Below, in pieces: positions 42,334-51,408 of a stretch of DNA of 64,000 nucleotides. Each line of letters starts with the position of its first letter. Position 1 is the first letter of the stretch. Both the position numbers and the translations under genes were made by a program. The notes beneath the pieces were generated by a model that saw only the letters and a program-made list of their open reading frames with translations, was not told the origin of the DNA and made no database searches. The DNA is from an uncultured delta proteobacterium (lineage in GTDB: Bacteria > Desulfobacterota > Zymogenia > Zymogenales > Zymogenaceae), in the NCBI GenBank assembly GCA_963792965.1, contig CAWBYW010000009.1:224001-288000 (forward strand), in the 5' to 3' direction.

Positions 42334-43388
42334 CGGTCACCCACTCTTCTCAGTGCCAAACCGACTCCCACCGACCCAAAGGGGGCAATTTCCTGGATAT
42401 ATGCGGTGTCAAAAAGCTTCTCGTTGTAATCGATATTCGCAAAGGGATTGATAACCTCGATGGAGATGCCCGTCTTGTCGGCGATAATCTTTGGAAGACC
42501 GGGGGTCTTAGACGTGCCTCCGGAGAGGTACACCTTACTGATTGAATGGTGCGCCCCCTGGGAGAGAAAATAGTCGATGGTCTTCTGGATCTCCGAAGCC
42601 ACAAGGTCTCCGGAGACCTGATCGATCACCTTCTTCATATCGTCGCGCGAGATGTTCTTGCCCCCCTTGCCGAGCTTGAGCGCCTCCGCGTCGTCATAGC
42701 TGATGGAAAAGCGCTTCTGGAGCTCCTCGGTATACTGGTTACCGCCCGAGGCGATATCACGCGTGAAGGCGCTCATCCCGTTCTTCATAATGTTGATGTT
42801 GGTAAAGCTCGCACCGATGTTGACCAGAGCGACGATATCGCCGGTCTCAAACTGGTAGTTGACGTCAAACATGTTCTCGATGGCAAAACAGTCGACGTCA
42901 ACGATGACGACGTTAAGCCCGGCCTCGCTGATGACCGCCACATACTCATTGATGACGTCCTTCTTGGCGGCCGACAGGATTACTTCCATCTGGCCGGAGC
43001 CGTCGTCAAGGGTGTCAAGGATCTGAAAATCGATGTTGACGTCGGAGATATCGAAGGGGATATACTGCTCGGCCTCCCACTGGATCGATTCCTCCAGCTC
43101 CTCCTTCGACATGGAGGGAAGGGAGATCTTCTGAATACGAACGGCGTTTCCCGATACAGAGGTGACGACGTCTCTGACTTTGACCTTCAGGCTGGAAACG
43201 AGGCTGCCGATGGCGTCAACCACGGCGGCCGTGTCCATAATCGCCCCGTCAACGATCGTCTCCGGATGAAGCTCCGCGATGCCAAAGTTGGTGAGCTGAT
43301 ACCCCTTCTTGGCCTCTTTGATCTCGACCAGTTTGATCGAGCTTGACCCTATATCTATACCGATAACGTCCTTCTTCCTTCCAAACAT
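42330..43388 (-). CDS. pilM: Type IVa pilus protein PilM
   Basis: IGIDIGSSSIK, WEAEQYIPF, VNIGA, LSGG, VGLALR. Confidence 0.96.
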   Translation of the reverse strand: MFGRKKDVIGIDIGSSSIKLVEIKEAKKGYQLTNFGIAELHPETIVDGAIMDTAAVVDAIGSLVSSLKVKVRDVVTSVSGNAVRIQKISLPSMSKEELEESIQWEAEQYIPFDISDVNIDFQILDTLDDGSGQMEVILSAAKKDVINEYVAVISEAGLNVVIVDVDCFAIENMFDVNYQFETGDIVALVNIGASFTNINIMKNGMSAFTRDIASGGNQYTEELQKRFSISYDDAEALKLGKGGKNISRDDMKKVIDQVSGDLVASEIQKTIDYFLSQGAHHSISKVYLSGGTSKTPGLPKIIADKTGISIEVINPFANIDYNEKLFDTAYIQEIAPFGSVGVGLALRRVGDR

Positions 43389-43403
43389 TTTCTTTCCCCT
43401 GGA

Positions 43404-43610
43404 CTATGTTGATGAGCTCGCAAAGACCTTCTCCTTCTCGTCCAGATCGAGCCCGAGCGCGAAGAGTATCTTCCGCTTCGTATCCATGCGGCATTCCTTC
43501 CCCTTTTCGATACGGTCGATAGTCAAAGGAGAAACCCCGGCTTTTCGTGCCAGCTCCGCCTTGCTCATGAGAAGCTGTTCCCGATAGTTCTTTACGTTAT
43601 TATGTCTCAA
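43404..43610 (-). CDS. XRE-family helix-turn-helix protein
   Basis: MSKAELARKAGVSPLTIDRIEKG HTH_3 pattern; immediately upstream of pilM. Confidence 0.88.
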   Translation of the reverse strand: MRHNNVKNYREQLLMSKAELARKAGVSPLTIDRIEKGKECRMDTKRKILFALGLDLDEKEKVFASSST

Positions 43611-43672
43611 CCGCCTCCCCCCTGAAGTAATGAGGTTATTATTGGTATTGTACTGATATTCGTTTTTTGGAC

Positions 43673-43702
43673 ATTATAATAAATGGAAACGGGCAATGTC
43701 AA
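43673..43702 (-). promoter_or_regulatory. Sigma70-type promoter of the XRE-pilMNOPQ operon
   Basis: TTGACA-N18-TATAAT with a very AT-rich upstream tract (43705-43790). Confidence 0.7.
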
Positions 43703-44270
43703 GCATTTTTTATGCATAATTAGTATTAAATTATACGTATCTTATTTTATTTATCGTATTTAAATACCATAAATTAGCTATACAAAGCGGAAAGCGATGC
43801 ATATTTTCCCGATTCTTTCGCCGTCAAAAGCAATCGTCGGTCTCGAATCGAAGAAGAAGAGGGGAAAAGGAGTAATTCGTTGCATTGGTGGCGGTACCTG
43901 GGCAGGGATATCGACAGGCGGCGATGGGTGAGCTCATAAATGTCCACGATAGTGAATATCCAGCGAGCTTTGTCTCCGTCCTCGCCGTGCGGGCGACTCC
44001 CTTTTTCATTCAGGTAGGGAAAAGGGACAGGCGACTATGGAGACACGCCATCCTGCGCGATAAAGGAGACCCCGGGAAAAAGGGCGCCCGATGCGAAACA
44101 TCGGTGGATAGAAAGGACGCATGCGCCCACACCTTGCCGGAGATGAACCGGAACGAATACGCGCGTCTATATCTTGCCGTCGAACCGTGGAGAGAGCCGT
44201 ATCGACGTGACCTTCAGCGTCCTCCCATAAAGCGCCCGGGACGCGGCGTATGGTCCGCCCCCCCATGTAC

Positions 44271-46322
44271 CTATGGTACGGACATGCTCCGATCCCTTCC
44301 GCCTTCCTTGGCGGCATAGAGGGCTTTATCGGCGACCTTCATCAGACTATCGGGAAGTCTCGCGTTGTCGGGGAAGGTTGCGATGCCCACGCTCACCGTC
44401 ACCGATATCTTTTTCTTGCCGGAAGGAACCGGGTTCTTCTTCATGGCCTTCCGTATCCGCTCAGCCGTGACAAAAGAGCTCTTATTCGAGCTGTTAGGCA
44501 GCAGCACCGCGAATTCCTCGCCCCCGATCCGTGAGACAACATCGACCTTCCTCGTTGCGGAAAGGATCGTCTGTGCCACCGCCTTGATCACTTCATCACC
44601 CGCCGGATGACCGTAGGTATCGTTTATCGCCTTGAATTTATCGATATCAATCATGAGGAGCGACAGCGGCTCCGTATAGCGATCCGCGTGCTCCCAGGTC
44701 CGCCTGAGGGCCTTATTGAAGCTTCTCCGATTATAGAGGCCGGTGAGAGGATCGGTGACGGCAAGCCGCTTGAGCTTTGCCATCGACCTGATGCCCGTGA
44801 TCGAAACGGCGGCCAGGTTCAACACGACCTCAATCAGTCGGATATGGAAGGACGATGGAGGGGTCTTGGAATGAGTATGAATCGTAAAGGTCCCCGTGAC
44901 GCCTTCTTCGTAGACCAGTGGGAAGACGGCAAGCGATCCCTCGCCGTCCACCGGGATCGCCTCGCCAAAGATATCGCGCCTTCTCTCCTTTTGCGAAAAC
45001 ACGAGATATTTATTGTTCCGGCAGACCCACCCCACCAGCGAATCATCGTTACTGAAGCGCCGCCTCTCGAACTTTTCGGCGTCCTGGCCGCATGAGGAGA
45101 TGATCTCACTGTCGGCACCCCGTGTCACGGTAAAGGCCATGGTTCGGACGGGAAGCATTCTCTGGCAAAACCCGTAGACGATCGTGCAGACGTCTTTCGT
45201 CCGTCTGGCCCCCGCGAGCTCCCGGCTCACCCCATACAACTCCTCAAACTCCGTAAGGCCCAGGGACAATCTTCTGAGGTGCACGATGATGTTTTGCATA
45301 TCCCGAACCATTACCGCGACAAGCTCGAGAAAAGCGACGTCTTTTTTCGTTATCCCGTTTTCTCTCCTGCTATCGCACACCAACAGTCCCAACGACTCAT
45401 CCCCGTCGACGACCGGGACGATCGAGATCACGCAAACCCCCTGCGACGTTTTGCGGTAATATCCTGGATCGATCCGATGCGATCCCTGTCCGGAGGTCAA
45501 CAGCAGCGGCATCTTCTGCCCCAAGGCCTTGCGATAAATCTCAAGGTCCATACGCGCCTCGAAATCGAAGGCCTCGTCTGTGGAGACGCCTTCACGGATC
45601 CTGAGGAGGTCCGAACTGCCCGAAGGGACGAGAAAGGCGACCGTATTGGCCGCGAGCGCCGCCTTCGCCCGGTCGAGGATCTCAAAGAGGAGGTCATCGA
45701 TATCCGCAAGGGTCCTGGCGGCCTCTTTACCGACCCCTTTCTCCGAGATTGATTTATCTCGCTCAAAGATCCCGGAAAAGACGCCCTTGAGGTCCTCTTC
45801 AAAACGCCTGAGCCTTTTTGCGGCCTCGTGCCGACGGAGAGATTCAACCCGCCCGTAAAACAGGAAGAACCCGAAGAAGAACAGCAGCATAAGCCCACGC
45901 TCGATTGATTCCGAGACTGGGGACGCGTAATCGGCGACCAGGAAGCGCGGGAGAAGATCGGCGGCGACCAGGAGTGCAAAGAGAAGAAATCCGATGCCCG
46001 GTCGGATCGTCAGCGCCAGGATCGATGCCGTAAAATAGGTGACGGGTAAGAGCGGAGAGGACAAAAAGCCGGTGATCTGAACCAGGACCGCCGTAATTAT
46101 GACAAACAGGACACCGAACTCGATTTCCGCAAGCCTCAGGCCCGACGACCTGCCGAATCGCACGGCCGCCCTGATAAAGAGCCCGAGTAGCGGCACGACG
46201 AGAACCACCCTCGTCAGGGCATATTCGGCCCGGGGGACGAAGAAACCGAAGATGACGAGTGAGAAATAGATGCAGAAGACGGCAAGGGAAAAATAGGCCG
46301 AAACATATGAGCCCCTTTTCAG
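44271..46322 (-). CDS. Membrane-bound diguanylate cyclase (TM-GAF-GAF-GGDEF)
   Basis: TDPLTGLYNRR, DIDKFK.IND.YGH..GD, RKVD I-site, RIGGEEF; frame extends to a CTG at 46322 (first standard start is GTG 46208). Confidence 0.92.
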   Translation of the reverse strand: MKRGSYVSAYFSLAVFCIYFSLVIFGFFVPRAEYALTRVVLVVPLLGLFIRAAVRFGRSSGLRLAEIEFGVLFVIITAVLVQITGFLSSPLLPVTYFTASILALTIRPGIGFLLFALLVAADLLPRFLVADYASPVSESIERGLMLLFFFGFFLFYGRVESLRRHEAAKRLRRFEEDLKGVFSGIFERDKSISEKGVGKEAARTLADIDDLLFEILDRAKAALAANTVAFLVPSGSSDLLRIREGVSTDEAFDFEARMDLEIYRKALGQKMPLLLTSGQGSHRIDPGYYRKTSQGVCVISIVPVVDGDESLGLLVCDSRRENGITKKDVAFLELVAVMVRDMQNIIVHLRRLSLGLTEFEELYGVSRELAGARRTKDVCTIVYGFCQRMLPVRTMAFTVTRGADSEIISSCGQDAEKFERRRFSNDDSLVGWVCRNNKYLVFSQKERRRDIFGEAIPVDGEGSLAVFPLVYEEGVTGTFTIHTHSKTPPSSFHIRLIEVVLNLAAVSITGIRSMAKLKRLAVTDPLTGLYNRRSFNKALRRTWEHADRYTEPLSLLMIDIDKFKAINDTYGHPAGDEVIKAVAQTILSATRKVDVVSRIGGEEFAVLLPNSSNKSSFVTAERIRKAMKKNPVPSGKKKISVTVSVGIATFPDNARLPDSLMKVADKALYAAKEGGRDRSMSVP

Positions 46323-47092
46323 TTGTCTCCTCCCATCAGGAGGACCTGGGCTTCCCGTGCGGAGTCCGAATCCGGGGAGAGTCGAATCACCTCCTTGAAC
46401 TCCGCGTCCGCCGACATTGCTTTATTCAGCTTCAGATAGGCTTTCCCGAGCAAGAGGTGGGCATCCGGGGAATCCGGGGCGTAGCCGAGGAGCCGTTTCG
46501 TGATTTCCGCTACGCCCTCATAGTCCTTCAGGCTCAAATAGACCAGCGCCAATTGATAATAGGGCGGGAGAAAATCTTCCTTTATCTGAATCGTTGATTT
46601 GAAATACGTTACGGCTTTTTCCTGGTCTTTCATCGCCAGATAGGTAAGGGCGATGTTGTAGTAAGCCTTTTCCGGCTCGTGAAAGAGGATGTTGTCCAAG
46701 GCCTTATTGAACTCGGCGATCGCCTCGTCGTACCGGCCCAATTCCCTCAGGACAATCCCCTTACCGACGTACGAGCTCGAGTAGTTCTTGTCAATAGACA
46801 GTGACTTATCAAAATAGGAGATCGCAAGATCATATCTCTTGAGCATATAGCAGGCCTGCCCCATGGAGAAATAGAGCTCCGGCACCTTTTTATATTTCTC
46901 GGCCGCGAGAAACTCCTCCATGGCAAATGACGGCTCGTTGCCCGAGAGTCGCGCGATGCCCATATTATAATGAAGGGTGTATTTTGCATCGTTGTAGTCC
47001 GATGTTCCGACATTCGTCGGGGTGCTCACGCACGCGGTAAGGAGGACCGCAAAGAAAAGGATGACAAAGGTATTTTTCATCATATCGCTCAC
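46319..47092 (-). CDS. TPR lipoprotein, Tgl/PilF/PilW pilotin-like
   Basis: Lipobox LLTAC, tandem TPRs, ALDNILFHEPEKAYYN motif; near pilQ. Confidence 0.8.
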   Translation of the reverse strand: MSDMMKNTFVILFFAVLLTACVSTPTNVGTSDYNDAKYTLHYNMGIARLSGNEPSFAMEEFLAAEKYKKVPELYFSMGQACYMLKRYDLAISYFDKSLSIDKNYSSSYVGKGIVLRELGRYDEAIAEFNKALDNILFHEPEKAYYNIALTYLAMKDQEKAVTYFKSTIQIKEDFLPPYYQLALVYLSLKDYEGVAEITKRLLGYAPDSPDAHLLLGKAYLKLNKAMSADAEFKEVIRLSPDSDSAREAQVLLMGGDN

Positions 47093-48000
47093 AATGATAT
47101 CAATAATCTGACGACCGACTGATGTCCGCCCCGGCCGGTGCCCGTGTCTTTTCCGCCCTTTTGCTCGGTCGGCTTCGTTCCCTCAGTGCGGTCGACTTGC
47201 TTGAACCCCTCTCTCTTGGGCATCTCTCTGATGGATGCGATCTCTTCGGATATCTCCTGGCCGAGGTCAAATGATTGCTCCTTCTGCTCCGTTTTCCGCA
47301 CCGTTATTCGGTCCGGAGTCCGGTCGCTTTTCTCCACCGGCTTGCGCTCAGGTTTCTCCTCCGTTCTTCGTATCGGTTTTGCGGCCGGCTCCTTCTTCTC
47401 TTTCTTCTCCTCCTTTTTCGGCAGAGGCTTTTCTTCAGCGGATACCTCGTGAACGATGTCGCTGAGGCTCTCGTACTCCTCGGGTTTCGGGGGTGGCTCC
47501 TCTATGGGGACCTCTTCGAGGACTTCCTCGTATACTTCTTCGTACTCGGTCTCCGATTCACGCATCCGGGCTTCCGCCTTCTTCGCGCTCGCTTCCGATG
47601 CCTTCCTCTCCTGCGACTCCTGGAAATTATCAACAAAGGGCGCCAGATTCGTGACGTACTCGGATCTCTTCTCGGGTGAAAACCCGTCGAAGCTTTCCCG
47701 CACCATCATGAACCCCATATCCTCCGTGAATCGAACGGCCTCCTGCTCCAGGGCGATGCGCGCGGATTCGGACGTCGGGTCCTTATCCGCCGTGTAGAAG
47801 AGCCGCTCCCCTTCCTGTATGATATGAAAACAGATGACGACAGGCTGGCTCTTCCCCTTTCGCACCGAGACGATGAAGGCGTCCGCCTGCTGGGACGGCC
47901 CCGTGACGGCAACAATCGGTCGGTTTGTGGACACAAGAAGCGTGATAACGTCGGAAGGCTGCGCGTCGAGCTTTTGAAGGGAATGGTTAACGGTAAACAT
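47089..48000 (-). CDS. Conserved hypothetical protein upstream of Tgl-like gene
   Basis: Globular N-domain with EA..F.E.MGFMM motif, charged linker, terminal RLLISL; ATG at 48000; stop overlaps next gene. Confidence 0.72.
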   Translation of the reverse strand: MFTVNHSLQKLDAQPSDVITLLVSTNRPIVAVTGPSQQADAFIVSVRKGKSQPVVICFHIIQEGERLFYTADKDPTSESARIALEQEAVRFTEDMGFMMVRESFDGFSPEKRSEYVTNLAPFVDNFQESQERKASEASAKKAEARMRESETEYEEVYEEVLEEVPIEEPPPKPEEYESLSDIVHEVSAEEKPLPKKEEKKEKKEPAAKPIRRTEEKPERKPVEKSDRTPDRITVRKTEQKEQSFDLGQEISEEIASIREMPKREGFKQVDRTEGTKPTEQKGGKDTGTGRGGHQSVVRLLISL

Positions 48001-48022
48001 CTCAACCATAACAATTTTGTAC

Positions 48023-48051
48023 ACTTTATCAGACTCTGTAAATCTTGTCAA
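48023..48051 (-). promoter_or_regulatory. Sigma70-type promoter of the hypothetical-tgl-DGC unit
   Basis: TTGACA-N17-TAAAGT. Confidence 0.5.
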
Positions 48052-48352
48052 TCAATACGCATCGAAGGGAAACGGACCCGGGCGGCTGAGGGAAAATCCG
48101 GGGCAACCGAGACGGCACCCACCCTCTTGTTTCGGACGTGCCGATGAGCACCGGCCGCCCGCCTTTTGCCCCTCGGCGGTTGTGGGAAGGCCCGCCCTCA
48201 GCCCTTAGGAAGCCGACCTTCGCCGATCGAGTCCGTGCGCGGTAGTCGTCTCTTGCCGGATTATTGCCCTTCCCTCATAAAACCCTTGATTTCACGATTC
48301 AATTTCACTATACTTATATTTCAATATCACCCTTGCATTACAGGAGCCTCCC

Positions 48353-49900
48353 ATGCCGTCATACAAGCGGGAATTCGTATTTTCAGGTGACGATCTCTTC
48401 ATTCACGATTTCCCGGAAAAGACCCGGATCATCTATCCACTCGAAGCGCTGCCCGGCCTCAATCGATGAGCGCGCCGAGATCATAAAGGCGCTGGACCGA
48501 CCCTTCGGCGCGCCTCCGCTCATTAGCCAGGTAAACTTCGCCTCCCGCGTTACGATTGCCTTTGACGACCCCTGCCTTCCCGTTCCCCATATGTATCGCG
48601 ACCCGAGGGGCCAGGTCATCGAGGTGGTGATCGAAAAGCTCCTGGCCGCCGGCGTCAAGAAGGAGAATATCCGTCTCATCTGTGCCGGCGGGCTCCATCG
48701 CAAGTGGACCCTCCCGGAGCTCCGGGCGATTCTCGGCAAGAAGGTCGTTGACGAGTTCAGACAGCAGATCAGTTGCCATGACGCGGAGGATCCCCGGCAG
48801 ATCGTCTCGCTCGGCACAACCTCGGAAGGTGAGGACGTGGAGATAAACCGCGCGGCCATCGAGTGCGATCTTCTCATCTACGTCAACCACAACTATATCA
48901 CCATGAACGGGGGACACAAATCGGTCGCCGTAGGGCTTTCCACCTATAAGAGCGTCCGTCACCATCACCGCCCCCCCGCCCTCAAGATCGGCTCCCTGAT
49001 GGATCCGACGACCTCCGGCATGCACGCCTCCATCAACCGCATGGGAGAGGTGATCAAGGGACACGTCAATCTTTTTCAGATCGAGTCGGTCATCAACAAC
49101 GACCTGTGGCCCGGCTCCCTCAAGAAACATCTCACCCCCATCGGACGGACGACGAGCCGCCAGCCCACGTCCATCGTGAAGGCTTCGATCCCTCTTTCGG
49201 CGAAGATGTCCGGCAAGATCAAGGCGTACGTCCGCGAACACCTGAGGGCCGGCTACAGTATGATCGGCGTCAATGCGGGAAAAGTCGAGGAGGTGCATAA
49301 AAAGACCCTCGAGCTCCTCTTCCCCCAGCAGAACACCCTGGTTCGGGGCCAGTCCGATATCGTCATCTACGGCGTCCCGAATTTCTGCCCCTATTCGACC
49401 TTCTCGACCATCAACCCTATGCTGGTCATCACGATGGCGATGGGGTACTACTTCAACTGCCACCGTAACAAGCCGCTCGTCAAGAAGAACGGTGTCGTGA
49501 TCATCAATAATCCGCTGACGGAGCAGTTCAACCCGAGGCATCATCCCTCCTATATCGACTTCTACAAAAAGTACCTCCCCAGCACGCCAACCCGGAGACG
49601 ATCCCCGAAAAGCTCGAGGAAGCATTCGCGAAGGATCAGAACTATATCGACCTGTACCGGACACAGTTCGCCTTCCACGGCGTGCATGCGATCCTGGCAT
49701 GGTATTGGGCCTCCAAGGGGCTCACCCACGTAAAAAACGTGATCGCCGCGGGGGCCGACCCCGAAGTTGCCAAGCACCTGGGGCTCCTGCCCGCCGCCGA
49801 CCTCACCTCCGCCATTACGATGGCTGAGGAGATCATGGGCAAAGACGCCTCGCTCTCCTACCACTACCTGATCCCGCTCTCAGCGGTGGACGTAACGTAG
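48353..49900 (+). CDS. Lactate racemase (LarA/DUF2088) domain protein, frameshifts ~48460 and ~49590
   Basis: GGAG SD plus ATG 48353 (MPSYKREFVFSGDD...), AFDDP, AGGLHR, CHDAED, INRAA, GGHKS; C-terminus continues in another frame to TAG 49900. Confidence 0.8.
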
Positions 49901-50000
49901 GCCGCCATTACGGGAACAGAACAGTGGACAAGATACGGCGACTTTCGATAGATGAAAGTCTGTGCCCGATATCGGGCAACCCATGTGGTGGAGGTAGTAA

Positions 50001-51053
50001 ATGAAGAAGATCATTGTCGCAATTTTGGCTTTATTCTCTCTGGCTCTCTTTCTCCCGGCCGCTTTCGCGGCCGACCCCGATGCGCGCTTTGCGCCGACGC
50101 TGAGGGTAGGCGTCGCCTTTGACGCCGAGGCGCCCCACCCTGTCGTTCGTAGACCGGGACGCAAATCTGCTCAACATCAAGACACTCGACGTGAGCCTTC
50201 CGAACGCCGGCCGGCTCTACCTTGCCACCGAGCTCCCCTACAGGGTGACCGACCGGCTCACGGTCTCGCTTGAGGGCGACTGGACGTTTTCCGGCTCCGG
50301 CAGGGAGATGGACGAGGCATACAGCGGTGCTTTGGCCGCGGCAGCCAGGCAGTGGGACGCCGACGGCACCCTCCACTGGGTATCGGCCGATTTCTTGGTG
50401 TCGTACGCCCTTATCAAGGACGCCGCGTTGATAAAAGATCTCTCGGTGGTCGCGGGCCTGCGCTGGGACTACCAGATCAATGAACTTCGACGAACGCGCG
50501 CTTCACCGGCAACATGTCTCCTCGACCGGTCGACACGATCAACTTCAGGATGCAGACCCTGACGCCCGTCGCTGGGCTCAACTGTACCCTCACGGGCATC
50601 AAGTCACGGGATCTGGGGAGGCGACATAAACCTCCGCGTCCTGGCAGGGCCGGTCGTTTGGGGGCATGAGGATTACACCGAAAAATTCGGGAATGGGATT
50701 CAAAATTTTATTGAGTTCGATAATGACCTGAGCCACGGCTATATCGTGAAGGCCTTTGCCGACGTCACGGTGCTCTCAGGCTCAGATCGCCCCGTGTGTC
50801 GACGGCTCGCTCTCCATTTTCGCCCAGTATACCAAGACCAACGTGAAGGGCGCGATTGAGGGAGAGTCCTTCCGGGCATGGCCCGTTTCAAACGTCCCCG
50901 GGCGATTTCGAGGCTGACAACAGCGTGTTCGTCGTCGGCATCGCCGCATCCTTGGCGTTCGACATCTGCGGAAAGCCGACGCCGCCCGCCCCTCCCGCCG
51001 CGCCCGTCGTGCCGGCTCCTGCGCCCCAGCTGACGCCGATGAGCCAAAAGTAG
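50001..51053 (+). CDS. Secreted outer-membrane beta-barrel-like protein, copy 1 (several frameshifts)
   Basis: GGAGG SD, signal peptide MKK...AAFA, amphipathic strands (SVVAGLRWDYQ, VVGIAASLAF), Pro-rich tail; colinear with copy 2. Confidence 0.65.
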
Positions 51054-51079
51054 ATCGGCACTCCTACAAGATACGAACC

Positions 51080-51110
51080 GAGAGGGGCGGCCAAAAGCCG
51101 CCCCTCTCTT
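51080..51110 (+). terminator. Rho-independent terminator of copy 1
   Basis: GAGAGGGGCGGC-CAAAA-GCCGCCCCTCTC stem. Confidence 0.75.
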
Positions 51111-51228
51111 ATTGTAAGAGTCGGGTCGCATCTCGCCATCCCCTACGAATTGCCAATCTTCATGACATCCAAACGGATCTGGGGCTCGGAGCTCGGACCG
51201 GCCTTTGCCTGATGAGTGCACTTAATGC

Positions 51229-51258
51229 TTGACTCGCTATAACAAGCGACATTAGAAT
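51229..51258 (+). promoter_or_regulatory. Putative sigma70 promoter of copy 2 with palindrome in the spacer
   Basis: TTGACT-N18-TAGAAT; TCGCT-N6-AGCGA overlaps the spacer. Confidence 0.5.
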
Positions 51259-51408
51259 CCGTTAACATGCACCGTTAGTCTCTCTTCGCGTGGACAGAGG
51301 TGGAATCTCACATCGCCACCGACCATCGTCCGTCATCGGAGCAATCCGGGCCTTCTTAGCGTTCATAGAGAGAATCCCGAATAAGCAGCAAAACATGGGA
51401 GGTAGAAA

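Noticed and set aside
44060-44130. c-di-GMP-I riboswitch near the cyclase and pil operon
   Set aside because: A GAAA-containing hairpin and GGACGCA are present, but on the strand opposite to the genes and without the GCAAA/P2 arrangement.
43885-44319. 144 aa + strand ORF as a real gene
   Set aside because: No clear SD, atypical composition, overlaps the DGC 3' end; no motif support.
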